64,000 nucleotides of DNA from an uncultured Faecalicoccus sp. (lineage in GTDB: Bacteria > Bacillota_I > Bacilli_A > Erysipelotrichales > Erysipelotrichaceae). The stretch is from NCBI RefSeq assembly GCF_944327125.1, contig NZ_CALVGO010000001.1, positions 2,827 to 66,826 on the forward strand, given 5' to 3'. Below, piece after piece: positions 43,478-53,772 of this stretch. Position 1 is the stretch's first letter, and each line of letters begins with the position of its first letter. Both the position numbers and the translations under genes were made by a program. The notes below the pieces were generated by a model, which did no database searches, was not told the origin of the DNA, and worked only from the letters and a program-made list of their open reading frames with translations.

Positions 43478-44920
43478 ATGTTGATCAAGGACGATGCACT
43501 GCGACAAGTTACCGCACGTACTTTACGTGTTAAAGAAGAAGATTTAACGCCGGAAAAAATGCTGGAGCTGAGACATCTGGAAGCACCAGACTATGAAATC
43601 AAGACCTTGGAAGGCCTGGAATACGCCGAAAATCTTGAAGTGCTCAACGTTTCAAATAATAATCTGGAAGAATTGGATCCTATTCGGGATCTGAGAAATC
43701 TTGAAGTCTTGGATGTTTCCCGTAACCAGATCCGTGACCTTCAGGCTTTGCATGGACATCGTCAGTTAAAAAAGCTGAATCTGTCCCGAAATAAGCTGTA
43801 CACGATGGATATCAGCAGTGTGGCGGCCATGATCGATTTGGAATATTTGAATCTGGAGCGGGCAAAAGTAGACAGCCTGGAATACTTGGAACGATGTAAG
43901 AAACTAAAAGAAGTGTTCATCAATACAGAAAACGGTCCGTTTAGTTTTGCGATTCTGGGATCTCTGAAGAATCTAAAAAAACTGCATATGGCGGGTATGC
44001 GTCTGTTTAATATTCAGGATCTTTCCTACTTGGAAAACATTGAGGAATTGGATCTTTCTACCAACTTGATGAGCGACATTTCTCCGTTGATGCTGATGAA
44101 AAAGTTAAAACGTTTGAACCTTTCGAATTGTCCTTATATTCATAATTATGACGTCTTAAAGGATTTTTGTAATCTGACTTCCATCAACATTGCGTTTAAC
44201 CAGGCAGATAACTTTAATTTTCTTAAAGATCTCGAACTTTGTGAGTCCCTGCATCTGCAGCAGACAGGATTTACCGATTTAAGCCTTTTAAACAAGATGA
44301 AGAATTTGAAACGTCTCAACGTTTCTAAAAACGAGATCAAAAACATGAATCGTTTTAAGGCTGTCGAAAATCTTGAAGTTTTCAAGGCGCAGTTCTGTCA
44401 GCTGGAAAACATTGATTTTTTGAAGAAAGCTACCAAATTAGTGTATTTGGATCTGTATACCAACCGAATCAAAGACATCTCGATTTTGAAGAGCATGAAA
44501 AACATGGTCAATCTGAATGTAGGACGAAACGAGATCAAGGATATTCGATGCTTGAAAGATATGAAACAGCTGCAGATCTTATCTTTGGAAAATAACGATG
44601 TCAAAGATATCAGTCCGTTAAAAGATTTGGTGGACCTGTGCAATGTGGATCTTTACAACAATGTGATTTCCGATCTGAAACCATTGGAAAACCTTGGCTT
44701 TATATCGTATCTTCGCTTAGACCACAATGCCATTACCGATCTGAAACCATTGGAAAAGCTGAAATTCCTTCGATCGTTAACGCTGAAAGCCAACTATATT
44801 ACGGATGTTTCACCGTTGAAAGATCTCCAGTTACTGGAAGCGCTCCGACTGGATGATAATCCAATTGAAGATACCAGTGTATTGGAAACGATGAAGTTCT
44901 ATGATAAGTTCTCTGACTGA
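43478..44920 (+). CDS. leucine-rich repeat protein (about 19 internalin-type 22-residue LRRs) with no signal peptide or anchor
   Basis: Repeating LxxLxxLxLxxNxIxDIxxL units throughout, for example LENLEVLNVSNNNLEELDPIRD and LRNLEVLDVSRNQIRDLQAL. Confidence 0.85.
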   Translation: MLIKDDALRQVTARTLRVKEEDLTPEKMLELRHLEAPDYEIKTLEGLEYAENLEVLNVSNNNLEELDPIRDLRNLEVLDVSRNQIRDLQALHGHRQLKKLNLSRNKLYTMDISSVAAMIDLEYLNLERAKVDSLEYLERCKKLKEVFINTENGPFSFAILGSLKNLKKLHMAGMRLFNIQDLSYLENIEELDLSTNLMSDISPLMLMKKLKRLNLSNCPYIHNYDVLKDFCNLTSINIAFNQADNFNFLKDLELCESLHLQQTGFTDLSLLNKMKNLKRLNVSKNEIKNMNRFKAVENLEVFKAQFCQLENIDFLKKATKLVYLDLYTNRIKDISILKSMKNMVNLNVGRNEIKDIRCLKDMKQLQILSLENNDVKDISPLKDLVDLCNVDLYNNVISDLKPLENLGFISYLRLDHNAITDLKPLEKLKFLRSLTLKANYITDVSPLKDLQLLEALRLDDNPIEDTSVLETMKFYDKFSD

Positions 44921-44994
44921 TGGATAAGACAGGGGAATTGGATCATTGCAGAGTAGAGAAAAAGAATGGATTTCCTATGTGGATGATCCATTTT

Positions 44995-45513
44995 TTATTT
45001 GATAGAAAGAACCAGTTTTGAAATCGGAAGCATTTCCAGAATAACTTCATTTTTTGAAGTGTCAGGCTGCAGATGAGGAGAATATTCATATGTATGTTTG
45101 TTTCCTTTTTGATCTACTCCGGATACTTCAAACGTAACGGAATCAAAAGTAACCTCTTTTAACCGTAAGACTTGTGGGTTTTGAAGATAAGGAATTTCAC
45201 AGAGAGGCAGAATGACACTTTGAATACATAACAACGGTCCCATGATCATGGCAATGATGGAAACTGTGGTATTTATTATCCGTTTCCGCCAGGTCCAGTC
45301 GAGCGGTTTTCTTTTTTGAAACAGGAGAATTCCACCGACAATGAGCTGCACAGACAACAACAAGAAAAATGGAATTATGGTATAGCGAATGAAGAGCTTG
45401 AGCTCAAGTGGATCGACCGATACCTGACTTTTCCAAAAACACAGCCAGATGGAAACGATGCTCAATCCACACAATATCCATTTCATTCTTCGAAACCATT
45501 TTGGATCGTTCAT
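44995..45513 (-). CDS. hypothetical membrane protein (3 TM helices plus a C-terminal soluble domain)
   Basis: 172-aa ORF with hydrophobic segments; no family recognised. Confidence 0.5.
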   Translation of the reverse strand: MNDPKWFRRMKWILCGLSIVSIWLCFWKSQVSVDPLELKLFIRYTIIPFFLLLSVQLIVGGILLFQKRKPLDWTWRKRIINTTVSIIAMIMGPLLCIQSVILPLCEIPYLQNPQVLRLKEVTFDSVTFEVSGVDQKGNKHTYEYSPHLQPDTSKNEVILEMLPISKLVLSIK

Positions 45514-45547
45514 GTTTTCATTATAGTGAAAAGATGTAAGAGCGTAA

Positions 45548-46405
45548 TTAAATATCCGTTAAATCAATACGTTCTGTATTTTTAAAATGCAGCTTGGCAA
45601 CCTGGAATAAGGCATCACGACCAAATCGCTGGACGAATTCTCGGGCGCAGCGATCAACGTTGGAACCAGCTCCTTTTTCAAAATGAAAATCGTAGGCTTG
45701 TTCCATTTTATCCATGGATTCCAGAAAGGCATTTCTTGCCAATATACTGGCGCAGGCCACCGATAAATATTTGTTTTCGGCTTTTGTTTCAAAATGAATG
45801 TTTTTGACCACTTCCGGTTCATTCTGAAGATAACGGTAATAGCTTTTTTCCTGGACAAATTGATCAATGATGATCTTTTTAGGAAGGATAAATCCTTTTT
45901 TTTTCAAATTGATATATGCCTGATTGTGCAAGCGGCATTTTATATCCACCATGTTGTGTACGGCATGGACAGAATTGTATTTGGCGTTTTGCACGATCAG
46001 TATGGAATGTGGGCAACAGGCTTTGATTTGTGGAGCCAGCTGTACGATTCTTTTATCCGGGATTTGTTTGGAGTCCTGGATGTTTAATTCTTTGAGTTTT
46101 ATGGAAGCATCCCGATCAACGATGCAGGCGGCCACAGTAACAGGTCCAAAATAGTCACCAGTACCTACTTCATCACTTCCTGCCTGCGGATAGATTTCGT
46201 AGTCAGAGTCTTCACTTTTCATCCAGTTCAGATCCTGACCCTGAAAGACGACCTTTCCGCTAGTGTAGGCTGTGATCGTACATTCCTCTGTTTTGATTTG
46301 ATAGTATGTGTAGTCAGGCTGGCTCTCTTTGATGATATGAGAAGAGAGTCTTTCTTTTAAATCTCCAATTTCCTTTGCAGTCATTGTTTTCGTATATGTT
46401 GCCAT
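45548..46405 (-). CDS. rnhC: ribonuclease HIII
   Basis: AGSDEVGTGDYFGP catalytic motif, an N-terminal TBP-like domain, and SVACASILAR. The start at 46405 follows a GGTGGTGA RBS. Confidence 0.88.
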   Translation of the reverse strand: MATYTKTMTAKEIGDLKERLSSHIIKESQPDYTYYQIKTEECTITAYTSGKVVFQGQDLNWMKSEDSDYEIYPQAGSDEVGTGDYFGPVTVAACIVDRDASIKLKELNIQDSKQIPDKRIVQLAPQIKACCPHSILIVQNAKYNSVHAVHNMVDIKCRLHNQAYINLKKKGFILPKKIIIDQFVQEKSYYRYLQNEPEVVKNIHFETKAENKYLSVACASILARNAFLESMDKMEQAYDFHFEKGAGSNVDRCAREFVQRFGRDALFQVAKLHFKNTERIDLTDI

Positions 46406-46481
46406 GAAATCACCACCCAAAGTGTATCATAGAATCGGCTTTCTTGCCTTTTTATTGATTGATTTATGATACAATATCAAT

Positions 46482-47036
46482 ATGACTTTAAATACACGTT
46501 ATTTTGTTTATTACGATTTTGGCTTGATTCTGATTGCGGTCTTGATTTTGTTTTTGGCCTATCGAAAAGGTTTTGTTCGACAGCTTACCGATGTGACGAC
46601 GTATCTGATCAGCTTGATCGTATCGATCCTTTTAAGCCCTGAACTGGCCAGTGTCTTTCCCATTGTATCTCTAGATAACAAAGACAAGCTGTGGGAAATC
46701 GTCGATAAAGTAACGATGCCTGTTGTCAACATATTTCTCTGGTTTTTGATTCTCTTTATAGGGCTAAGGATCCTCTACCGTATTTTGGCTTTTGTTTTTT
46801 CTTCCAGGAAAAAAACAAAATTATCTTTACTGAACCATCTTTTAGGCTTAGGGCTGGGGATGATCAAAATTTTTCTTCTGGGAATCACGTTGACTCTGGT
46901 GCTGCAGTGTCCATTGATTCGCTTTGGTGATGAATTTGTTCAACATTCGGTTCTTCGATATGTGGAGCCTTCGATGGATATTTTGATCGATTATTGGGAA
47001 GGAGAAGAGTATGCGCACGGAAATACAATTTCGTAA
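46482..47036 (+). CDS. cvpA: CvpA-family membrane protein
   Basis: 4-TM protein in the conserved rnhC / cvpA / mutS2 neighbourhood of Firmicutes. Confidence 0.65.
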   Translation: MTLNTRYFVYYDFGLILIAVLILFLAYRKGFVRQLTDVTTYLISLIVSILLSPELASVFPIVSLDNKDKLWEIVDKVTMPVVNIFLWFLILFIGLRILYRILAFVFSSRKKTKLSLLNHLLGLGLGMIKIFLLGITLTLVLQCPLIRFGDEFVQHSVLRYVEPSMDILIDYWEGEEYAHGNTIS

Positions 47037-49326
47037 CGAATTAAATCATGCCATTGATTTTGATAAAGTTCTTCAGCAGTTTTCCAGTTATACTTCTTTT
47101 TCCTTGAGCTGTGAAAAAATCAAGGCCGCTTTACCGAATTTGAGCTTATATCAGATCCAGGAAGATCTGAAGCTGGTTGAAGATTCCATTCATTTGTTTC
47201 AAAGCGGAAGCACGCTTTCACTTCAGGGATGTTTTGATATTGAAGAATCCATAAAAAAAACATCCAAACAAATGACGCTGAGTCCATCTGAACTTTGGGA
47301 GATCCAATCGGTATTAACCGTTATAAGACGCGTGATCAATACTTTAAAACAGGAAGAAAAGACCAAGCTCCAGGAATATGCCGCTACCATGGATCCTTGC
47401 ACAGAATTGATGAAATCGATTCAAAAGTGCGTGGATGCCACCGGGTCCATCAAAGAAGATGCCTCGGTGACGCTGATTCAAAAATTCCATGAGCTTTCTT
47501 CAACAAAAAGTGCATTGACCTCCAAAACACGCGATTTTGTCAAACACAACAGTATGCGTTTGATGGAAAATTTAACAACTTCCATTTCAGGAAGGGTTTG
47601 TGTATTGGTCAAGGCTTCAGAAAAGAATGCCTTTGGCGGTATGATCCATGGACAATCCCAAAGTGGTTTGGCTTATTACGTAGAACCTTCTGCCTTTGTT
47701 CCTTTCAACAATCAGATTCAGCTCGTGCTTTCTCAAATCGAAGAGGAAAAAATGCGGATCTGTAAAGAACTTTCTATGCAGGTTGCCAAAAAAGAAAGAA
47801 CCCTGTTGTCAAATATGGAAACCTTGACGCTTTTGGATTGTGCATTTGCCAAGGCTCGATGGGCCAAAGACTATGATGGCTGTGTCCCTGTGCTGCAGAC
47901 CAAAGATCATGCTTTAAAGCTGGAAAATGCCCGGCATCCCATGATTGATCAAAAAAAAGTTGTGGCCAACACTTACCAGTTACGATCCAACCAGAAAATT
48001 CTGATGATCACGGGCCCGAATATGGGTGGGAAAACGGTCACTTTGAAAACGATTGGATTATTTGTCGCTCTTTCCCATAGTGGATTTCCAGTATCGGCGC
48101 ATCATGCCATGATGCCATATTATCGTTCTTTATGGTTTGATATCGGTGATCAGCAGTCTATCGAAAACAACTTGTCGACTTTTTCCAGTCATATATCGTC
48201 TTTGTCGAGGATCTGTTCTTCTTGCGATCGGCATTCTTTTGTCCTGCTGGATGAAGTGGGCAATGGAACCGATCCCCTGGAAGGAAGTTCACTGGCGATT
48301 GCTATACTGGAGTATCTGGCCCATAAAGAGGCTACCATTATCACAAGTACACATTATAATGCGGTCAAGACATTTGGGAAAACGCATCCTGAAGTTTTAG
48401 TTTCAACCATGCAGTTCGATAAAGACACCCTGCAGCCTACCTATCGCTATATTCCTGGAGTCTCCGGTGCAAGTTATGCGTTCTATATTGCCCGTCAGTA
48501 TCAGTTGGATCCTAAGATCCTGGAAAGAGCCAAAGCGCTTAAGGAAGAGGCAGAAGATCTGAACAATAAGGAATTGGAAAAGCTGGAACGTCTTCAAAAT
48601 GAAGTCGTACAGGAAAAAGAAAAGTTTGACCAACTGATTCGTAAGGCACATCAGATACAAAAAGAAGCCGATGAGAATAAACGAAAATGGGAAAAAGAGA
48701 AAGAGCGTTTTGACAAAGAGTATAACGAAAGGCTTCAAGAAATGCTTGCCCAAAAAGAAAAAGAGGCCGATGAGTTGTTTAAAGAGCTTCATAAAAAGGA
48801 TACTTTGAAGCTTCATGAACAGACGAAATTTTTTCATGACTTGTCCCAATTGGAACCGGAAACAAAAGAACAAAACAACGATGAAGTCTTTTCTGTGGGA
48901 GACTACGTTAAGATTGCGGATCTGAATACTCATGGAGAAATCATTGATTTAAAGAAAAAAGAAGCCACTGTTCTGACCAATGGTATGAAAATGAAGGTCA
49001 AGACCAATACACTGCATAAAATAAAACGTCCCAAGGTACAACAGCCGGTTTTCAAACAAAGAAAAGAAAAGGTATTTACCCGCGTTCCTTTGGAATTAAA
49101 TATTATCGGATATCATGTGCAGGAAGGGCTTTCGGCATTGGATCATTATTTAGATCAATGTGTAGCTCATCAAATCAAACAAGTTCGCATTATTCACGGA
49201 ATGGGAACAGGAAAACTAAGAACGGCTGTTCTTAATGATTTAAAAAAACATCCCAATGTAAAGGAATACATGGCAGCAGGTCCCAGCGATGGCGGTTTAG
49301 GAGCGACCATTGTTGTTTTAAAGTAG
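47011..49326 (+). CDS. mutS2: endonuclease MutS2
   Basis: Walker A GPNMGGKT, Walker B LLDEVGNGTDP, a K/E-rich coiled coil and a C-terminal Smr domain (LNIIGYHVQEGL...IIHGMGTGKLR). Confidence 0.92.
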   Translation: MRTEIQFRNELNHAIDFDKVLQQFSSYTSFSLSCEKIKAALPNLSLYQIQEDLKLVEDSIHLFQSGSTLSLQGCFDIEESIKKTSKQMTLSPSELWEIQSVLTVIRRVINTLKQEEKTKLQEYAATMDPCTELMKSIQKCVDATGSIKEDASVTLIQKFHELSSTKSALTSKTRDFVKHNSMRLMENLTTSISGRVCVLVKASEKNAFGGMIHGQSQSGLAYYVEPSAFVPFNNQIQLVLSQIEEEKMRICKELSMQVAKKERTLLSNMETLTLLDCAFAKARWAKDYDGCVPVLQTKDHALKLENARHPMIDQKKVVANTYQLRSNQKILMITGPNMGGKTVTLKTIGLFVALSHSGFPVSAHHAMMPYYRSLWFDIGDQQSIENNLSTFSSHISSLSRICSSCDRHSFVLLDEVGNGTDPLEGSSLAIAILEYLAHKEATIITSTHYNAVKTFGKTHPEVLVSTMQFDKDTLQPTYRYIPGVSGASYAFYIARQYQLDPKILERAKALKEEAEDLNNKELEKLERLQNEVVQEKEKFDQLIRKAHQIQKEADENKRKWEKEKERFDKEYNERLQEMLAQKEKEADELFKELHKKDTLKLHEQTKFFHDLSQLEPETKEQNNDEVFSVGDYVKIADLNTHGEIIDLKKKEATVLTNGMKMKVKTNTLHKIKRPKVQQPVFKQRKEKVFTRVPLELNIIGYHVQEGLSALDHYLDQCVAHQIKQVRIIHGMGTGKLRTAVLNDLKKHPNVKEYMAAGPSDGGLGATIVVLK

Positions 49327-49335
49327 GTGAACGAT

Positions 49336-51102
49336 ATGGCAATATCTGAACTTCTAAAAAACAAGCTGGCTCTTTTACCGGATCAGCCCGGCTGTTACAT
49401 CATGAAAGACGTCCGGGGAAACATTCTGTATGTCGGTAAGGCCAAGGTCTTAAAAAATCGGGTACGCAGTTATTTTCATGGGGTTCATGACAATAAAACG
49501 ACCCGTCTTGTTTCCCGAATACACGATTTTGAATTTATCGTGACCGGCAGCGAAAAAGAGGCCCTTCTTCTGGAAATCAATCTGATCAAGAAGAATCAGC
49601 CTCCCTTTAACATCATGTTCATGGATGACAAAAGTTATCCTTACATTGTGATGACCAAAGAGAAATATTTTACTGTGCAGGTTACACGGAACATCAAGAA
49701 TAAAAAAGATGAATATTTTGGCCCTTATCCCAGTGCACAGTCTTGTTATGATATCGTAAAGCTGATCAATCGGCTGTATCCGATCCGCAAATGCAAGACC
49801 ATGCCCAAAACCCCTTGTCTGTATTATCACATGCATCAATGTTTAGGGCCTTGTTTCCAGAAAATCGATCATCAGGAAAATGAAGGATACCGAAAACAGA
49901 TTCGCCGTTTTCTTCAAGGCGATTCCAGTGAAGTGATCAAAGTGGTTAAAGATAAGATGGAGAAAGCTTCTTTGAACCTGGAGTTTGAAAAGGCACAGGA
50001 ATACCACGAGATTCTTCAATCCATTGAACATGTGATGGAAAAACAGACCATTGATTTCAAGGACCGCAAGATTCGCGATGCCTTTGGGTATTATGAAGAC
50101 AAAGGATATATCTCTTTGCAGGGATTTTTTATTCGCAATGGAAAACTTTTGGAGCGCACCTTGGCTATACAGGAGCTGTTTGAAGATCCCATGGAGGCCT
50201 TTGTCAGTTTTATTCTGCAGTATTATCAACAAAATATGATTCCTAAAGAGATCCTGGTTCCTGAAGGGACACCGGTGGAACTTTTAGAACAGGTGCTGCA
50301 GTGTAGAGTCTATATTCCGCAAAGGGGAGCGAAGAAAGCTTTGCTTGATCTGGTAAAGAAAAATGCCAGAGAAGCCCATGAACAGAAATTTGAACTGGCT
50401 TTGCGCAAAGACAAAGAGCTGGCGCAAGCCAATCAGAGACTTTCCTCGTTGATGAAAAAAGAGATCCATACAGTAGAACTGTTTGATAATTCCCATATTC
50501 AAGGAGCGTTCAATGTGAGCGGGCTGGTCGTTTACGAAGACGGAAAACCGGATAAAAGCCAATACCGGCATTATAAACTCGACACTTATCAAAGCGATGT
50601 TGACAGTATGAAAGAAGTTTTATACCGAAGATATTTTCGTCTTTTGATGGAAGACAGAAAAATGCCGGATCTCTTGATCGTGGATGGAGGAAGCCAGCAG
50701 ATCCAGGCGGCCAAACAAATCAAGGAAGAATTGGGAATCGATTTGATGATTGCCGGGCTGGTCAAAGACGATAAACATACCACCAGAGCTTTGATGAACG
50801 AAGATCTTCAGGAACTTGCACTGGATAAGAAAGAACCTTTGTTCTTTTTGTTGACGCGAATGCAGGACGAGGTCCATCGTTATGTAATCACATATCATAG
50901 AAAGATTCGATCGCAATCGATGACCAGATCCATCCTGGATACGATCGAAGGAATCGGACCGAAGCGAAAAAAAGAATTGTTGAAACATTTTAAAAGCATG
51001 AAAAAAATCAAGGAAGCCTCTGTGGAACAGCTTCGTGAAGTTCTTCCGGAAAAGACGGCTTACTTAGTCTATGCTCAGTTTCATAATGGGAAAGAATCAT
51101 GA
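49336..51102 (+). CDS. uvrC: excinuclease ABC subunit C
   Basis: GIY-YIG motif (GCYIMKD...ILYVGKA), a UVR domain, an endonuclease domain and a C-terminal HhH. The ATG at 49336 is 5 nt after AGGTGA. Confidence 0.92.
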   Translation: MAISELLKNKLALLPDQPGCYIMKDVRGNILYVGKAKVLKNRVRSYFHGVHDNKTTRLVSRIHDFEFIVTGSEKEALLLEINLIKKNQPPFNIMFMDDKSYPYIVMTKEKYFTVQVTRNIKNKKDEYFGPYPSAQSCYDIVKLINRLYPIRKCKTMPKTPCLYYHMHQCLGPCFQKIDHQENEGYRKQIRRFLQGDSSEVIKVVKDKMEKASLNLEFEKAQEYHEILQSIEHVMEKQTIDFKDRKIRDAFGYYEDKGYISLQGFFIRNGKLLERTLAIQELFEDPMEAFVSFILQYYQQNMIPKEILVPEGTPVELLEQVLQCRVYIPQRGAKKALLDLVKKNAREAHEQKFELALRKDKELAQANQRLSSLMKKEIHTVELFDNSHIQGAFNVSGLVVYEDGKPDKSQYRHYKLDTYQSDVDSMKEVLYRRYFRLLMEDRKMPDLLIVDGGSQQIQAAKQIKEELGIDLMIAGLVKDDKHTTRALMNEDLQELALDKKEPLFFLLTRMQDEVHRYVITYHRKIRSQSMTRSILDTIEGIGPKRKKELLKHFKSMKKIKEASVEQLREVLPEKTAYLVYAQFHNGKES

Positions 51103-51116
51103 TATAATACGGCCGT

Positions 51117-52169
51117 ATGGTAAAGGAAAAAAAAGAATTATTTGCCAGGATCGTGCTGATCTTATTTTGCCTGACGATTTTTTCGGCCTGTTTCTGGGCG
51201 ATGAATCAGACCTATGACCCTTTGGCTCGTTATCCTTACGCAAATGATCAAAATAGAGAAAAGATTTTGACGTATCTGGATTCGGATGATATCGATTATA
51301 TTATTTCCAATCAGATTCATCCGGACGAATTTATGGATTTTATTGATGTTCCCGGATTCGATATCCGTTATTGCCGGCTGTATACGCTCTGCAAAGAGAC
51401 TCAAAATCAGGAAAACGACTATATCGTAAATTTTGTGAATCGTTACCGCACGCACTTTACTGCGGGTTCTCTGGAAACTTTGTTGAAGCATTATTCTTAT
51501 CTGGATTTGACAACTTTCTACGAAAACGAAATGACAAACAATCCGACTCTGAAACTTGTGGAAGACCCTACATGGCCTTTGCTGGTTTTAAATAATAGAA
51601 CCTCTGTGTATAAATATGCGCCCCAAGATCTGGTTTCCGGGCATGGCATATTTTTGAAGCAGGAAGCCATGGATGCCTATGAAGATATGAACAATGCCTA
51701 TAAGTCGATGCTGGAAAGTTCGGATTCCCTGGTGTTGGAAAAAGGGTATACCGCATATGAAAATATATTTACGGAATACACTTCTTTATCTACGGTTTCT
51801 CCTGAGTACGTGGATACAGTTTTCCTTCCTGCCGGAGAAAATGAATTTCAGTTAGGATATACAGTGGCCCTGGAAGGCTATAACCAGTGGCGTACGCAGG
51901 TCTTGTCTCAGGAAGAAGTTTATAAGGATCATCAATACGATTTAATATTGGATGCATTAGACCAGACAATACGATCCAAAATCTCCTGGCTGGAAGAAAA
52001 TGCTTATCGTTTTGGTTTTGTGGTGCGTTATCCACGTGGTAAAGAAAGCCAGACCGGACATGCATATGATCCTTTTGTGCTTCGTTATGTAGGGAAAGAA
52101 AATGCCAAGGCGATGAAAGAAAAGGACAACGTAATGGAACAAATGAATTTTAGTGAGGAACTGGAATAG
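51117..52169 (+). CDS. M15-family D-alanyl-D-alanine carboxypeptidase (VanY-like), membrane-anchored
   Basis: N-terminal TM helix; C-terminal ENAYRFGFVVRYPRGKESQTGHAYDPFVLRYVG is typical of VanY/M15B. Confidence 0.75.
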   Translation: MVKEKKELFARIVLILFCLTIFSACFWAMNQTYDPLARYPYANDQNREKILTYLDSDDIDYIISNQIHPDEFMDFIDVPGFDIRYCRLYTLCKETQNQENDYIVNFVNRYRTHFTAGSLETLLKHYSYLDLTTFYENEMTNNPTLKLVEDPTWPLLVLNNRTSVYKYAPQDLVSGHGIFLKQEAMDAYEDMNNAYKSMLESSDSLVLEKGYTAYENIFTEYTSLSTVSPEYVDTVFLPAGENEFQLGYTVALEGYNQWRTQVLSQEEVYKDHQYDLILDALDQTIRSKISWLEENAYRFGFVVRYPRGKESQTGHAYDPFVLRYVGKENAKAMKEKDNVMEQMNFSEELE

Positions 52170-52172
52170 GAT

Positions 52173-52643
52173 ATGCAGATTGTTTTGATTAGTGATACTC
52201 ATTCGCAAAATGAGATTCTTCATGCACTGACAGAAAAATATAAAAAAGCGGATGCCTTTATTCATTGTGGTGATTTGGAAGACGATCCCCGGCTTTATCC
52301 GCAATGGCTGATTGTTAAAGGGAATAATGATTATGGAAAATTTAGAGACCATTTACGGCTGAGGGCAGGAACACATCGTATTTACGTAACGCACTCACAC
52401 CATTGTTCTTACTTGTACAGAGAAAAAAATCTGGAACGGCTTGCCAAGGAATATGATTGTGACATTGTGTTTTATGGCCATACACACGTATCTCGCATCA
52501 CAAAGACAAATGATATGCTTCTTGTCAATCCCGGTTCAGCCAGGCTTCCTCGAGATGGAAAATCACCAAGTTATGCATTGGTCAATATTGATGGAGACCA
52601 AGTCGATGTAAAGATCATTCATCAGGAAGAGTGGGATTTTTAA
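52173..52643 (+). CDS. YfcE/MJ0936-family metallophosphoesterase
   Basis: ISDTHS, CGDL, GNND, GHTH and NPGS motifs. Confidence 0.88.
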   Translation: MQIVLISDTHSQNEILHALTEKYKKADAFIHCGDLEDDPRLYPQWLIVKGNNDYGKFRDHLRLRAGTHRIYVTHSHHCSYLYREKNLERLAKEYDCDIVFYGHTHVSRITKTNDMLLVNPGSARLPRDGKSPSYALVNIDGDQVDVKIIHQEEWDF

Positions 52644-52659
52644 AAAGGAATCTATACAT

Positions 52660-52683
52660 GCCGGCAGCTGCTGGCTTTTTTAT
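52660..52683 (+). terminator. Rho-independent terminator
   Basis: GCCGGCAG-CTGCTGGC hairpin plus a run of 7 T. Confidence 0.7.
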
Positions 52684-52807
52684 ATACGCTTTGAATGGGA
52701 AGGTATAGAAAGTCGCAGAGAAAAGATTGATATTCAACGTCAGGATTATGTATAATTCTATTGGTAATAAAAAAGCTCTTGATCAACAAGAGCTTTGAAA
52801 TCAAAAG

Positions 52808-52884
52808 TGGCGTCCTCGGAGGGATTCGAACCCCCGACCGTGCGCTTAGAAGGCGCATGCTCTATCCAACTGAGCTACGAGGAC
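52808..52884 (-). tRNA. tRNA-Arg (anticodon TCT)
   Basis: Reverse complement GTCCTCGTAGCTCAGTTGGATAGAGCATGCGCCTTCTAAGCGCACGGTCGGGGGTTCGAATCCCTCCGAGGACGCCA; anticodon loop CTTCTAA. Confidence 0.92.
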
Positions 52885-52964
52885 AGCACAAGTATTATAA
52901 CAAAACCCATTTTCAAATTCAATGAATAAATTTTATAAGGGAAGAATCAGTTAGGGGAATAAAG

Positions 52965-53744
52965 ATGGAAAATGAAACCAATCAGGAATTAAGAAAGGGA
53001 TATTATTTCGTAGGATGGTATATTGACGAAGAATGTACCAAACGTTTAAATCCAGGGGGGATCCTTCCTACGACAATGACTCTCTATGATAAATGGGTGC
53101 CTATATGGTATAAGATCCATTATGAATTGAATGGCGGAATGAATTCCCGACTCAATCCTAATTTTCTAAATGTAGAGTCTGGTGTCCTGCGCCTTCATCC
53201 GGCTCGAAAACCAGGTATGGCTTTTGATGGTTGGACATTGAATGGAAAAAAGATCGAGATCATCCCTGAAGGACAGACCAGCGAGATCACTCTGGTGGCT
53301 CATTTCAAGGAGCTGAGTACGGTGAGTTTTGAAAGTAATGGTGGCGGTCTGATCGAACCCAAACAAGTGGACGGTCAGGGAAAGATCAAACCGTTTCGGC
53401 ATCCTTTGAAACTGGGTTACGATTTTGTTGGCTGGTACTACGATCCTCAGTTTGAGCACCCCTTTTCTTTTGACCATAAGATCTCTTCTTCATGTACTTT
53501 ATATGCTCGTTGGGAAGTGAGCATTTATCACATTCGCTATGATGCTTCCGGAGGTGTTTCATCTCGGCGAAACCCGCATATTTATACATATTTCAGTCCT
53601 ACGGTAAAACTTTTACCTGCCTATAAAAAAGGATATGTTTTTGATGGGTGGTATGATCATCGAGGCAATCCGTTGACACAGATCGTGACCCACAGTATGG
53701 GAGACAAGGTCTTGATTGCCCGGTTTCACAAAGAAGATAAATAA
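52965..53744 (+). CDS. protein made of four Listeria-Bacteroides-type repeats (InlB B-repeat / Flg_new-like), no signal peptide
   Basis: Four G[YM]xFxGW units: GYYFVGWYIDEECTKRLNPG, GMAFDGWTLNGKK, GYDFVGWYYDPQFEHPF, GYVFDGWYDHRGNPL. Confidence 0.75.
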   Translation: MENETNQELRKGYYFVGWYIDEECTKRLNPGGILPTTMTLYDKWVPIWYKIHYELNGGMNSRLNPNFLNVESGVLRLHPARKPGMAFDGWTLNGKKIEIIPEGQTSEITLVAHFKELSTVSFESNGGGLIEPKQVDGQGKIKPFRHPLKLGYDFVGWYYDPQFEHPFSFDHKISSSCTLYARWEVSIYHIRYDASGGVSSRRNPHIYTYFSPTVKLLPAYKKGYVFDGWYDHRGNPLTQIVTHSMGDKVLIARFHKEDK

Positions 53745-53772
53745 ATGAAAACAGAAAAAAAGGAGAAAAGTT

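Noticed and set aside
48403-48933. 176-aa minus-strand ORF rich in F, L and K
   Set aside because: It is the antisense frame of the K/E-rich coiled-coil segment of mutS2, which stays open on the opposite strand by codon composition alone.
52652-52858. 68-aa minus-strand ORF
   Set aside because: It overlaps the tRNA-Arg gene and the preceding terminator, so it is spurious.
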